Below, piece by piece: positions 47,741 to 58,400 of a DNA stretch of 64,000 nt. The notes below the pieces were generated by a model. It saw nothing but the letters and a program-made list of their open reading frames with translations. It did not search any database and had not been told where the DNA came from. The DNA is from Gracilinanus agilis (taxonomy: Eukaryota). Position 1 is the first letter of the stretch; the number at the start of each line of letters is the position of its first letter. Location of the stretch: NCBI RefSeq assembly GCF_016433145.1, contig NC_058131.1:48447795-48511794 (forward strand), written 5' to 3'. Both the position numbers and the translations under genes were made by a program.

Positions 47741-48760
47741 ATGGTGCAAATTGTCGTTTCCAGGTGAGTGAATACATCTTGGTACCTTTTTTTCATTGTA
47801 GGGTGAATAGTTGGGGTTGGATAGGTTTGATGTTTTTCTGAAAGAGCTAAGATCCCAGAGTGCATCTGTGCAGATCCTTGCATTTCAACCTTTAGTTCAG
47901 TGCCTAACACTACCCACTTTCCAATAAACTTGATCAAAATGAATGGCTGAGCCTTTTATGGGTGGTATACTGCCCATCCTTCACCCCTCAAAAATATTGT
48001 AACCACCAGCCCTTTGCTTGCAGTGCTGGGGCTGGAGGCTTGGCAGAATGGGTGCTGATGGAGCTACAGGGGGAGATCGAGGCTCGCTACAGCACTGGAT
48101 TAGCTGGAAACCTCCTGGGAGACCTACATTACACCACCGAGGTGAGGGGGCTTTCCTTACCTGCCTAACGCCTCAGAAAACAAGCCACAGTAAGGTGGCC
48201 CTCCCAGAACCCGGAGTGGGGACTGCCCTAAGGTTTGTTATGTGAGGTCTGACTAATGTCCTCAGGAATCCAGTCATGCTCCTCCCCTACCTCTGAAACA
48301 TCAGAGAAGTTTTACTTTGGGGTAACTGGAGAGGTTGTATTTCTAAAGATGGAAATTGTATTTTTCTTGGTGACTGGGAAATGCACAGGGGGAGGGTTAG
48401 CAAATCTCAGTCATGATGCAGTGAGAAATGCCACGGAGTAAGGTGAAAGACCTGAACAGATTGATGGGGATGCCTGAGAGTTTTATATTGCTCTGAGCCT
48501 CAGGTATCTTGTTTTTGTTTTTGTTTTCCTTAAAGGGAATTCCTGTGCTGATTGTGGGGCATCATATCCTTTATGGGAAAATTATCCGTTTGGAGAAGCC
48601 ATTTGCTGTCCTGGTAAAAAGTGGTTCTGGGGAACAGGAATGTGATGAAAGTGGCAGACAGACAGGAACTCGGTACCTAGTGAAAGCACTAATAAAGAAC
48701 AAGATTCTCTTCAAAACTCGCCCAAAACCCATTATCACCAACGTTCCCAAGAAAGTATGA
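47741..48760 (+). CDS. CHTF8: Chromosome transmission fidelity protein 8 (Ctf18-RFC subunit), spliced CDS, 121 aa
   Basis: Coding exons 47741-47763 (MVQIVVS; AG|gtgagt), 48024-48141 ([40 protein letters not shown]; cag, gtgagg) and 48536-48760 ([15 protein letters not shown]...[19 protein letters not shown]). Total 366 nt, matching the recalled human length of 121 aa. The exon-2 acceptor is probably at 47704/47705. Confidence 0.96.
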
Positions 48761-50769
48761 AAGAACCAAGGATTTTTTCTAGAGAGCGGCCAACTCCTTG
48801 GACTCGTGCCCCATTCCCACCCCGAGGACGGATAGACGGTACTCTTGGTTCACCAATGGCTCCTGTTTTGAATGCAGGCAACACAATGGGGGTAAACCCT
48901 GATCCTTTTCTAATAGCCAGTGTTCTTGGTGGAAATCTGACTCGGTTCCCAACTGGCCCCCTTGCCAGAAATCCAGCTCCTTTTCCAAAGCCATCTGGCT
49001 CATTGGCCTCATGTCCGCCTTCCTTCCCAGCTGGTGCCCGTGACTCAAACATGGTTCCTTTTCCAAGGGGGATGAATCCGCCGAGCGCAAACTCAGTTCC
49101 TTTCCCAAGGTCAGGTGGCCCACTTGGCTCAGGTCTAAATCCTAGAGCAGGTATTGGCACTGGAACTGGTCCTATGTCTAACCCTAGACCAAGTGGGCTC
49201 ACCAACACAGGTCCTATGCCTAATCCTAGGCCAGGTGGGCTCCCCAATGCAGGCCCTATGTCTAACCCTAGGGCAAGTGGTCTTTTGGGTGCAGGTCTTG
49301 ATCCCAGAGCAGGTGGTCTGGGCTCAGGTCCTGGTCCTGACCTGAGGACAGCAGGTTCACTAGGCACAGGTCTTGGCCCAAACCTAAGGACTGGTGGCAT
49401 TATGGGCACAGGCTCTGGTCCTGACCCTAGAGGAAGTGGGTTCTTGAATAATACTGGCCCTGGTCCCAATTCTAGAATGGGTGGCCTGGGTGCAGGCGGC
49501 CTGGGAACAGGTGGCCTGGGCATGAGTGGTCTGGGAGCAGGCAGTGTTGGCGCAGGCGGTATTGGCACAGGCGGTCTGGGCTCAGGCGGCTTGGGCGCAG
49601 GTGGCCTTGGAGCAGGTGGCCTGGGTGCAGGTGGCCTTGGAGCGGGTGGCCTGGGTGCAGGACCAGGTCTCAACCTAAGGACCAGTGGTCTCTCAAACAC
49701 AGGGCATGTCCCTGATCCCAGGGCAAGTGGATTTCTGGGCACAGGCCTTGGTCCTAACTCTAGAGTTGGTGGCCTAGGTGCTGGTACAGGTCCTGGTCTT
49801 GGTCCTAACCCAAGAGCCGGTGTCCCAGGACCAGGCCCTGGTCTTAACCCAAGAGTAGGCCTGGGAACAGGCCAGGGCCCTAATTTGGATCCCAGGGCAA
49901 GTGCTCTCTTGGGATCAGGGGCTGGTCCCAATTTGCGAGCTGCTGGTCTCATGGGCACAGGATCTGGGCTTGATTTGAGAACATCTGGATCTCTAGGTAT
50001 GGATCTTGCTCCCATTTTAAGAGCAGCTGGCCTTCTTGGAGCAAATTCAGCCCCTTTCTCACAATCATCTGGAAATATGGGTCCAAATCCATCTTCCATT
50101 ACAAGAGCAACAGGCCCTATAGGCCCCAACCCAGGTCCTGGCTCTAGAATAGTTGGCCTTCCAGGTCCAAATTCCTCTCCTATGCCAAGGGCTACTGGTC
50201 CCTTAGGTCCTAATTCAGCTCCTTTCTCAAGGCCAACTGGTCCCATAGGTGTAAACTCTGCTCCCTTTCCAAGGGGGACAAATCCTGCAGGCTTGAACCC
50301 AGCTACGTTTTCCCAGGCCACCAGCTCACTCAATTCAAACCCACCTACCTTTCCACGTTCTACTGGTCTTCAGGCTACCAGTACAGCAATTTTTCCAAGG
50401 TCATCTGGCCCCTTGGGCCCAAACTCAGCTAACTTCCCAAGATCAGTTGGACTGCAAGGCCCAAGTCCAGCTACTTTCCCAAGATCCACTGGCCCACTAG
50501 GTCCTAGTCAAGTCCCATTCCCCAGGTCTGCTGCTGGTTCGCTAGGTCCCACACCAGCAAGTGCTCCAGGCATAAACCCAGCTCCTTTTCCAAGGCCATC
50601 TGGTCCCCTGGGTATAAACCCATCTTTTCCTAGGGTCAATGGCCCCATATTAAAGACTGTGGTACCATTTCCTAGGAGTGGAAGCCTTTCCGGCCCCAGC
50701 CCAACTGCTTTTCCTAGACCAGGAGGCCCATTGGCCGCAATGTACTCAAATGGAATGCTGCCACCCTAG
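48757..50769 (+). CDS. DERPC: DERPC proline- and glycine-rich nuclear protein, 670 aa, intronless ORF in the CHTF8 last exon
   Basis: 2013-nt ORF from [19 protein letters not shown] to [15 protein letters not shown]. Both termini and the internal [17 protein letters not shown] match recalled human DERPC. The ATG (48757-59) overlaps the CHTF8 TGA (48758-60). Confidence 0.92.
   Translation: MKEPRIFSRERPTPWTRAPFPPRGRIDGTLGSPMAPVLNAGNTMGVNPDPFLIASVLGGNLTRFPTGPLARNPAPFPKPSGSLASCPPSFPAGARDSNMVPFPRGMNPPSANSVPFPRSGGPLGSGLNPRAGIGTGTGPMSNPRPSGLTNTGPMPNPRPGGLPNAGPMSNPRASGLLGAGLDPRAGGLGSGPGPDLRTAGSLGTGLGPNLRTGGIMGTGSGPDPRGSGFLNNTGPGPNSRMGGLGAGGLGTGGLGMSGLGAGSVGAGGIGTGGLGSGGLGAGGLGAGGLGAGGLGAGGLGAGPGLNLRTSGLSNTGHVPDPRASGFLGTGLGPNSRVGGLGAGTGPGLGPNPRAGVPGPGPGLNPRVGLGTGQGPNLDPRASALLGSGAGPNLRAAGLMGTGSGLDLRTSGSLGMDLAPILRAAGLLGANSAPFSQSSGNMGPNPSSITRATGPIGPNPGPGSRIVGLPGPNSSPMPRATGPLGPNSAPFSRPTGPIGVNSAPFPRGTNPAGLNPATFSQATSSLNSNPPTFPRSTGLQATSTAIFPRSSGPLGPNSANFPRSVGLQGPSPATFPRSTGPLGPSQVPFPRSAAGSLGPTPASAPGINPAPFPRPSGPLGINPSFPRVNGPILKTVVPFPRSGSLSGPSPTAFPRPGGPLAAMYSNGMLPP
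49480..49659 (+). repeat. Coding minisatellite, 12 x 15 nt, encoding (GGLGA)-type pentapeptides
   Basis: ggtggcctgggtgca-like units; translation [35 protein letters not shown] then (GGLGA)5. Confidence 0.95.
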
Positions 50770-51527
50770 AGATTGCCACCCTCCCGCCTAGGCTACATTG
50801 GCTATAAGGTACCATGGCTCTGGGCAAGATGGAAAGAGCAGTGACCTGAAGGCCAGACTGTGGCTTGACTTGATGGCCAGCCATTTCTTTCCACGGCTCA
50901 TTTCTCCAATGAAGATGGAATCTTCGTTTTGCTTGTGAGACAAGGACTCTGGCAGGCAAGCAAGCCCAAAGCCTAAGGATGGGGAGAAGACTCCCAGTGT
51001 CCTCGAGCCTGTGGTGCTTTCTCACTGCTTTGTGCCGAGTTCTCTCTTTCTTACTCATTTCTTGGATTGTTCTCCTGGACTTTTCCTCAGGGATGCATAG
51101 GCCTGCCAGTCCCAGCTCATTCTATACTACCATCTTTTCCCTACCAGAGAAACCCAGGTAGCTGCTTTTGTTAATTGTGTTCCAGTTTCAAACATTACTC
51201 AGTAACTTTGTAAAGAGCAGCTCTGACTGAATAGTCCTTTCCAGTTCTAAGTAAAGCTTATTTCTTTATGCCACAAACTGGACATCGGCCACCTCTGGAA
51301 TTCATGGGAGGCTAAAGTTGTGAAGCAGCCTCTCGCCTGCCCTTCTTGCTACTGTTACTCCCAATCAAAGAACCTCAAGATTTTGAATTGATGTTGGCTC
51401 TGGGACCTGGGGGTGGGGGGATGGGAGGTAAAGGGGAGGGGGAGGGGAATAATCACTGCTTTTCAGCCTGCTATGAAGGCATTGTTGGTGTTTCATTCTA
51501 CAATATATCATTTCTTACTGTTTCTTT

Positions 51528-51533
51528 AATAAA
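51528..51533 (+). terminator. Likely CHTF8/DERPC polyadenylation signal
   Basis: First AATAAA I can find downstream of the CHTF8 stop, followed by GT/T-rich sequence. Confidence 0.65.
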
Positions 51534-52194
51534 TGGGATGGGAGGTTGCTGATTTTGAGCATTTTGTTACCTGGCCCGGGGGGAAGGAACCTCACCCGTG
51601 AGTTTTTGTTTTAGCTGAAGTTGGCCATAAGCCTACATGTTCTTCTGTAAGCTTGTCTAGCTGCTTTTGCTACTGCAGGTATAAGAAAGCTTAAGCTTGT
51701 GTTCCCAGCTAGAGCTTTCTTCTCTGCCTGATCATTCACCAAGGATTTTGACCCAAATCACATGATTTAGGATCCCACATGTACATAACATCTTTAATGT
51801 TGTCCAGAGCTAAATGCATAATCACCTTGGACAGTTTTTCTCACTTAAATTGAGTTTCTGTTGGAAATTACCTGGGAAAGTGGTTGGATGGCAAATAAAC
51901 CAGAGAGAGATGGAAATTACATTTCAATTCTTATTCACTTTAAGAGTCAAGCAGTGTTGAGTGTAGCAAACTACTTGGGGAAACCTTATTTATTGGTGCT
52001 TTTTAAGAGATGATGGTCATGCTCTGTGATATTGAGTGGTATATTATCTGATATACCTGTGGCTTGGAGACCTATCTCAGCTTTGGGGTTTGGCATTCCC
52101 AGGTGGACACCTAAGTTTTCACATCAAATAGCAAGAAGGGGATGCTTGAGAGCCCTGAGAAACACCAAAACTACTGATCTTGTGTGCAAATTTC

Positions 52195-52200
52195 TTTATT
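52195..52200 (-). terminator. Likely HAS3 polyadenylation signal (alternative at 51989-51994)
   Basis: AATAAA on the minus strand at the end of a very U-rich block about 2.3 kb past the HAS3 stop. Confidence 0.55.
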
Positions 52201-54495
52201 TTGACAAATACATCATAGTATAAAAAATTTGGCCTTTCTCAAAAGTGAAAAAAATGCAAGTAAAAAATAAATACATTTACAAATCATCATAGAAATAAGT
52301 AAATACAAAAGATCAGAAAAACCCTAAATTCCTCATTAAAATGGGATTTAAGAGAAAAACCAAATGTTTTCATTAATATAAAGTCTCTTCCCTTGTATGA
52401 AATAGGGATAAAGCAGAAGATGTTTGGTTTTGTGTTTTACAGAAAATATAAAAAAATAACTTATAAAAACCAGTCGAGGTTGAAAGTTGTAAGCTCACTT
52501 ATCTGCCTGGCTCCCTTTCCACCTGGGAGAGTGATGACAGTAGCAAGATTAGAGGAACTCTGATACCAGGACAGCTAGGAAAGACCTATTCCTTCCTAAC
52601 CATCTCTTAAGTAAATTTGAGAAAAGTAAGCCCTTAGTTAAGTCTGAACCCTAAAGCTCTCGCCTCTGGCCTCTTCCTCATCTTTGATGAGCTGGCCTGA
52701 TGTTAGCAGCTCCTGCCAGGAAGTGTAGGGTCTCCAATGGAGCCACTGCTGGCAGCACCCAGAAGACACAAACTCATTTGGAAAGCACCATAAGTTGACC
52801 CAGTTGCCATTTGGAACACATCTCATTCCCTTGCAGGAAGCAACAGATGGTATAGAAGCTTTTTCCTAACCATCTTCCTTTTGATTGTGTTGGCTCAGTA
52901 GTGAAGAGTTAAGTTCAGATGGATACTCAAGCCAGAGATGAAGTAAAGGTCCTTGTTAAACCCAAGAATTGAGAATAGACTGCTGATGGAGATTTTGCCA
53001 ATGAGATGGACTAGAACCGAAGAAACTGGAAACACCCCATTTCCTAGTTTTGTATTGCCTAGAAATAAGCAAAACTAATATAAGACTGAAGGTTTTCAAA
53101 CTTCGCTATGAGAAAGCCAAAAAAAAAAAATAGTTGGGGGAATAGGATGGAGAAACCTATTAATAGAGGTGTAATTGACATCTAAGAGAAGATTTGGACC
53201 TGTAAATTAATCTATTGATTTGTGGAATCCAGAGATAGGTTATGGAGAACAAGAGTCTGGAGTTCATGTAATAAGCAATAGCTTGTTGAAATCAACCTGA
53301 AATTCGAGTCTAAGCAGCTTCGTAAACATTACTACCTGTCCCTAGTCACCCCCTAACCGTTAACAACCTGTCTTGGGCAGACTCACCTGCCATCTGAAAA
53401 CTCTGGCAACAGTGTTAAAGGAGAGAGAAGTGGTTCATTTAGAAAGTTGTGACCCGCCACAGATCTAGATGACTTCTAAACCCTAGCCTTTAAATGGTTG
53501 TGTTATAATTTCTGAAGTTCTTGCACTTGGGGGGAAAAAGCAAAAAATGGAAATTTTTATAGCTCAGGGCTTGAGTAAAGGGAGTTGAGGTGCCTAAATC
53601 ACCAGTTCCTTTCCAAGTTTGTTTGGCTACTGGCCAAAGCCTCATCTCAGAGATTGTAGGTTGACCAATAAGAGCCAGCAATGACCTAGACATCAAAAAA
53701 CAATGGGTCACACATCAACTAAAGTTGGACCAGCCCTAATCTCAAACTCTTAACTTTCCATCCATTCCATCCCTAGGATTTGCTATGGGCTGTAGCATAT
53801 TAAAACAATATAGGTGATCTACATACATACCCTCTTCTCTCTGGTATAAATTCTCCTTTAACTGCTACTGGAAGCTTTTAATCCCTGCCGGTTTGGTTCA
53901 CTCCTTGGGTGTTAAGGAACACTTAAGGGTCTTCAAACTAAAGCACCATCCTCAGACCCTGTTTCCCGATGCCTGGCCACTCTACATCTTCAGGACAATC
54001 TTATTGCTGTGGTGGTGAAGCTGAGCTGACCCAACTCTTCCATTCACCCATGACTGGTTTACCTTCAGGCAGAGCTAGCTTACTCACCAAGAAGTTAGTA
54101 CTAAATGGAAGCTATCCTCAAATATGCATAGCATACTTTGCCCTGGTTTACACTTGGGCCTCAAGAAAGGAAACAGCCTTCCCCAGAGTCCACTGTTGGC
54201 ATGCAAAGGCAGGAAACATGGTCACTGAGCCTCAGTGTCCAAGGAACCTGATAACTGTTTCGTTGGAATCTGTGGTCTGTGTCATTGGATGGCTGCTCCA
54301 AGCCACACTGCAGGTCAAACTCCTTTGCACTGAAACTTGTCCTTTGGACAACAGTTAAGAAAACAAGGACACAGCACTCCCTCCCTCCCGCCCACCCCAC
54401 TTCCTTTTCTCAAACTGGTAGGAGTCAAGTTTACCCCTTCCCTTCCCTTGCCCATTGCACTTATCCCACATTGCCCAAAGAGCTACCCTTGCCAG

Positions 54496-55419
54496 TCACA
54501 CCTCAGCAAATGCCAAGCTGTATTGCTCAGGCTTTCGTCCACAACGTCGGGCAATGATGGCCAAGTATAGCATAAGGAGCGCTACCCAATAGCAGGCATA
54601 TAAGATGGCCCCAGAGACTAGGAAAGCCAGCTCTGTCTCACTGAATAGGTCCTGGCAATAAGCTGTGTAGGCCAGTCCTCCCAAAAGGACCGCGACCCAA
54701 ATGGACACGGGGATGAGGCCAATAAAATTCACCACGATAGTTTTTCTGCCTGAAGTGCCCCACCCAGACTTGTTGATGGTAGCAATGGCAAAGATCTTGG
54801 CTGGCAGGAGACTGGACATGTAAAGGAGAGAGTAAAGGGACATGAATATCATTTCTGCATTACCTCGAAGGAAGCAAGCGTAAGTAGCCTTGATGATGCC
54901 CACAAGCTGCACTGTTAGCAAAAAGAGGAGGATGTTCCAGACACGGCCCCGATAGAACAACTGGATAACAGTAGCAATAAGAAAGAAGGGAAAGAAACCT
55001 GTCACCACAGACTCGTACGTCATCCAGAGGTGGTGCTTATGGAACCATAGGGAATTGTAGAGCCACTCCCGGAAGTAAGACTTGCTCCAACGGGTCTGTT
55101 GGTTGAGCCAACGGAGGTACTTTGTAGGGGTCTCTGTGAGGCACTTTGAACGTGCAGTATACTTAGTCTGGTAGCCAAGGCTCAAAACTCGATTGGTAAG
55201 ATGCCGGTCATCCCCAAAGCTACACTTGCTGCCCAGAAATTTCTGGTGGTACCAATCTTCTAGAAACTGCTGAAGAAGGGTATTCCGATACATGCCTAAG
55301 GGCCCACTTATGCACTGAACACAGCCAAAATAGGACTGGCAGGCCCTTTCCACATTGAAGGCCATCCAGTACCGAACACTACTCAAGAAAGAGATCCAGG
55401 AGTCATATTTGTTGAGAAT
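54496..55419 (-). CDS. HAS3: HAS3 last coding exon ([28 protein letters not shown]...AFAEV*)
   Basis: tag acceptor at 55420-55422, TGA at 54498-54496. Confidence 0.97.
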   Translation of the reverse strand: MLNKYDSWISFLSSVRYWMAFNVERACQSYFGCVQCISGPLGMYRNTLLQQFLEDWYHQKFLGSKCSFGDDRHLTNRVLSLGYQTKYTARSKCLTETPTKYLRWLNQQTRWSKSYFREWLYNSLWFHKHHLWMTYESVVTGFFPFFLIATVIQLFYRGRVWNILLFLLTVQLVGIIKATYACFLRGNAEMIFMSLYSLLYMSSLLPAKIFAIATINKSGWGTSGRKTIVVNFIGLIPVSIWVAVLLGGLAYTAYCQDLFSETELAFLVSGAILYACYWVALLMLYLAIIARRCGRKPEQYSLAFAEV

Positions 55420-58400
55420 CTAAAAAGAAATCAGACAACACTGTTAGCTTCATCAACACACTCTCCATTTCTCTGCCAACTTGAGACAACACACAAAAGC
55501 ATCTGGATCTTTCTGTTATTCAGGGGTTCTCTAATCTAAAGCATCTTTTAAGTCTGTCACATGGAACAGCATAAGGAAAAAAGAAAACTGAACAGCATAT
55601 TGCTAAAGGGCTACTTTGGTTAAGGAGAATTTCTAGCAGCCAGTTTTGGATTGGCAAGTGAAGGAAAATTTGAGTTTAGCAGGAAATAATCAAGTTCCTA
55701 GGCACCCAATTCCAATTTTGCACTGCTGTTTGCCGCCATTTGCTAACTTAAACTGTGATTCAACACCTGAATCTTATGATAGTAAATCGTGGTTGTAACA
55801 GACTAGAAAAGAAAGACTATTCCTTGTGCCTAGAATGTTCTCCCTCCTGGCTTCCTTCAAGTTCTAAATTTTTTTTTTTTACTAACCCTCCTTAATGCTA
55901 GTGTCTTCCCTCTTGATTATCTCATTTATCCTGTCTACATCTTATTTGCACATCATTGTTTACATGTCTCTCCTATTAGATGGTGAGCTTCTATTTTATT
56001 ATGCGTTAAATCCCCAGTACTTCAGTTCAGTACTTGGCACACAATAGGTGTTTAATAAATGTTAATCGCCACACCTCTGCCCAAGAAAGAAGCTTCTCTC
56101 AGCTTTTCATCTCTTGGAAGAGAATCTAAATCCCTAATCCCGTTAACTGAATGGTGGATCCCACAGAGTTTTTTAGTCCCCAAAGAGAATTCTGAATTTC
56201 TTGAAGAGTTAGGACAAGAGAATCCCCCTCTTAAAAAGTAGCCACTAACATTGGAAGACCTGATAGCTTGTCAGGTGGTGCAAATTTTCCCCACTAGAGT
56301 CTTAAGTTCTCCCTATCCAGAGCTTCCAAATCCCATTCTTTTCTCTCCAAAGCAACCCACAAGACACACAGGGGAAGAGGGAAAACTGTTCTCCCTCTTA
56401 GCAATCCCAAGGCTTTACTCTAGGAAGCCACAAAGCCACGCAGCTCACTTTCTGACCACATCAAACTAAAAAGAAGAAATGCCAATAGGCCAGCCCTGGG
56501 AAACCCCTAACTGTATCTTACTTGGACATCTCCCCCGACTCCACCCACTTGAGGATCCTCTTCCAGGACTCGAAGCATCTCCACAGTACATGCTGGATCC
56601 AGCACTGTGTCGGAGTCACACACCTGCCGGAGTAAAGCACACAGTCAGTACCGCTTAGACCTAGACTCCAACTCCAAGAAGACCCTTGGACCATCTACTA
56701 CTTTCTCTCTGCTGTACCATTTTACATTTGGGTGAAGGAGATAGTTTAGGTAAAAGTTATTGGCAATATCTAGTTTCAAATAATTTACCTGATACCATGA
56801 GCAATGGGTAGAGTTGGGGAGCCTCTACCTAGAGAAAGGAGGTAGGGTTTGGGTTCTCGGTTTCACACCAAACTGAGGATGGGAAGAGCCAACTAGCTCC
56901 TAATCAGGAGCCATCTCCAAGGTTATTGGATGGAAGCCTTGAAGAGGGGAGATAAACCCAATATGAGAGCTAGTTTTAGCTCCTGTAATCCAGCCCCAAT
57001 ATAGTTAAAAATTTCACTTATTTGGGGGAACAGGGGTCCAGGAACAAGTCATGTGACAGGTGACTGATCTGCCCAATTAACATCTCAGAACCCAAGGAAA
57101 CTGTCTCGTAACCTCCATTCAGAGTCCAACATTTGAACACATAAAGAGGTTAGAAGGAAAGTCCAATAAATTTGGCAATGCAGGTAAATCATTGAGCATA
57201 GTGCAACCTGAGCAGGACAACAAAGATTTATAGCTACCAAAGTCAATTGCCAAGCTAAAACATCTATATGCAGGGTGAAGCTTAGAGGTTCTAAGGAATT
57301 AAGAACTTTTACTAAGCAAAATTCCAGAGAGAGGCAAAGGTTATCAGGTGGAGGAGTTTCGTAGTAGCTACAGAAGTCCTTAGTAGCTGAGAGACTTGAA
57401 TGTTCTTTTAGATTTTTCCAGAAAAGGTAGCTGTGTAATCTCATGGGAATAATCCGATGATGGCAAAGGGGAAATAAGACCAAGATCAAGAGATTATTTC
57501 TACTCTATCCCAACTTTTTTGCCTTTTATTCTTGGGTTCTACTACTGTGAGAGGGGGACTAGCCAGAGCCACTGAAGAGCAGCTGTCAGAGCCTTCCCTT
57601 GTTATTTCTAAACTGTGCCTGTGACCGAAAGCCACAAACTTCATCTCTAGACATTAAATTTAGTATTCTCAGAATCAATGAAGGAAAAGCATTTATTAAA
57701 TGTTAACTTTGTACAAAGCATAACCTAAGGCACTGGGGATATTAAGAGAGAAGTGGAGTCCCTGCTCTCTGGAAGCTCCCATACTAATGGGAGGTTTCAC
57801 CTGTAAATGAAGAGATGAGGAGAAAGGACCACTTAGGTTACATGAGAGGGCCAGGATCAGGCAAGGGCCAACTAGTCTGGTTCATTTTACCAGTGAGGGA
57901 ATGAGACCAAGGTCCAGGTTAAGTAGGAGCTTACGTGATTTGCTCAAGGTCAAATAGCTCCCTAGAATTCCAAGTTAGATCTATGGTCTAAAAAAACCAT
58001 CATCCTCTACATTTAGGTTCTTAATAAAAAAAACCTATTTATTAGTCTGCCACTTCTGCCTCCTCCCAGCTTTCATTGGGTTCATGTCCTCAGGACCAAA
58101 GACTGAGACTTGCTCAGTCAACAATCCAGTTGCTGACTTGAAACCTAGTCTCTTCAGAAACAAAATGACACACATAGCCCACTCAGTTTCAAATAAGAAA
58201 GCAGGTTAGGCATGAATAGTTCACTGACACTTGCTTAAAGTTTCAAGTCATTCCTTCCAAAATTGGGGGAAAACAACCAAAAAACAGACCTAGAGATAAA
58301 TTTGTAAAATTCCATTTCTGCCAATTCCTAAAAACTTTTATAATACTAGTTAGCATTTATATTTGCTTTTTGTGACAGGCACGGTGCTAAGAGCTTCAGA

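Noticed and set aside
48691-48696. AATAAA inside the CHTF8 last coding exon
   Set aside because: It arises from codons CTA ATA AAG and lacks a clear downstream GU-rich element. Use would give a non-stop mRNA.
48735-50333. 532-aa antisense ORF opposite DERPC
   Set aside because: It is a compositional shadow. In this register an antisense stop needs a sense codon starting TA (Tyr) or CA (His/Gln), which DERPC almost lacks. The product simply mirrors Gly as Pro and Pro as Gly. There is no independent evidence for it.
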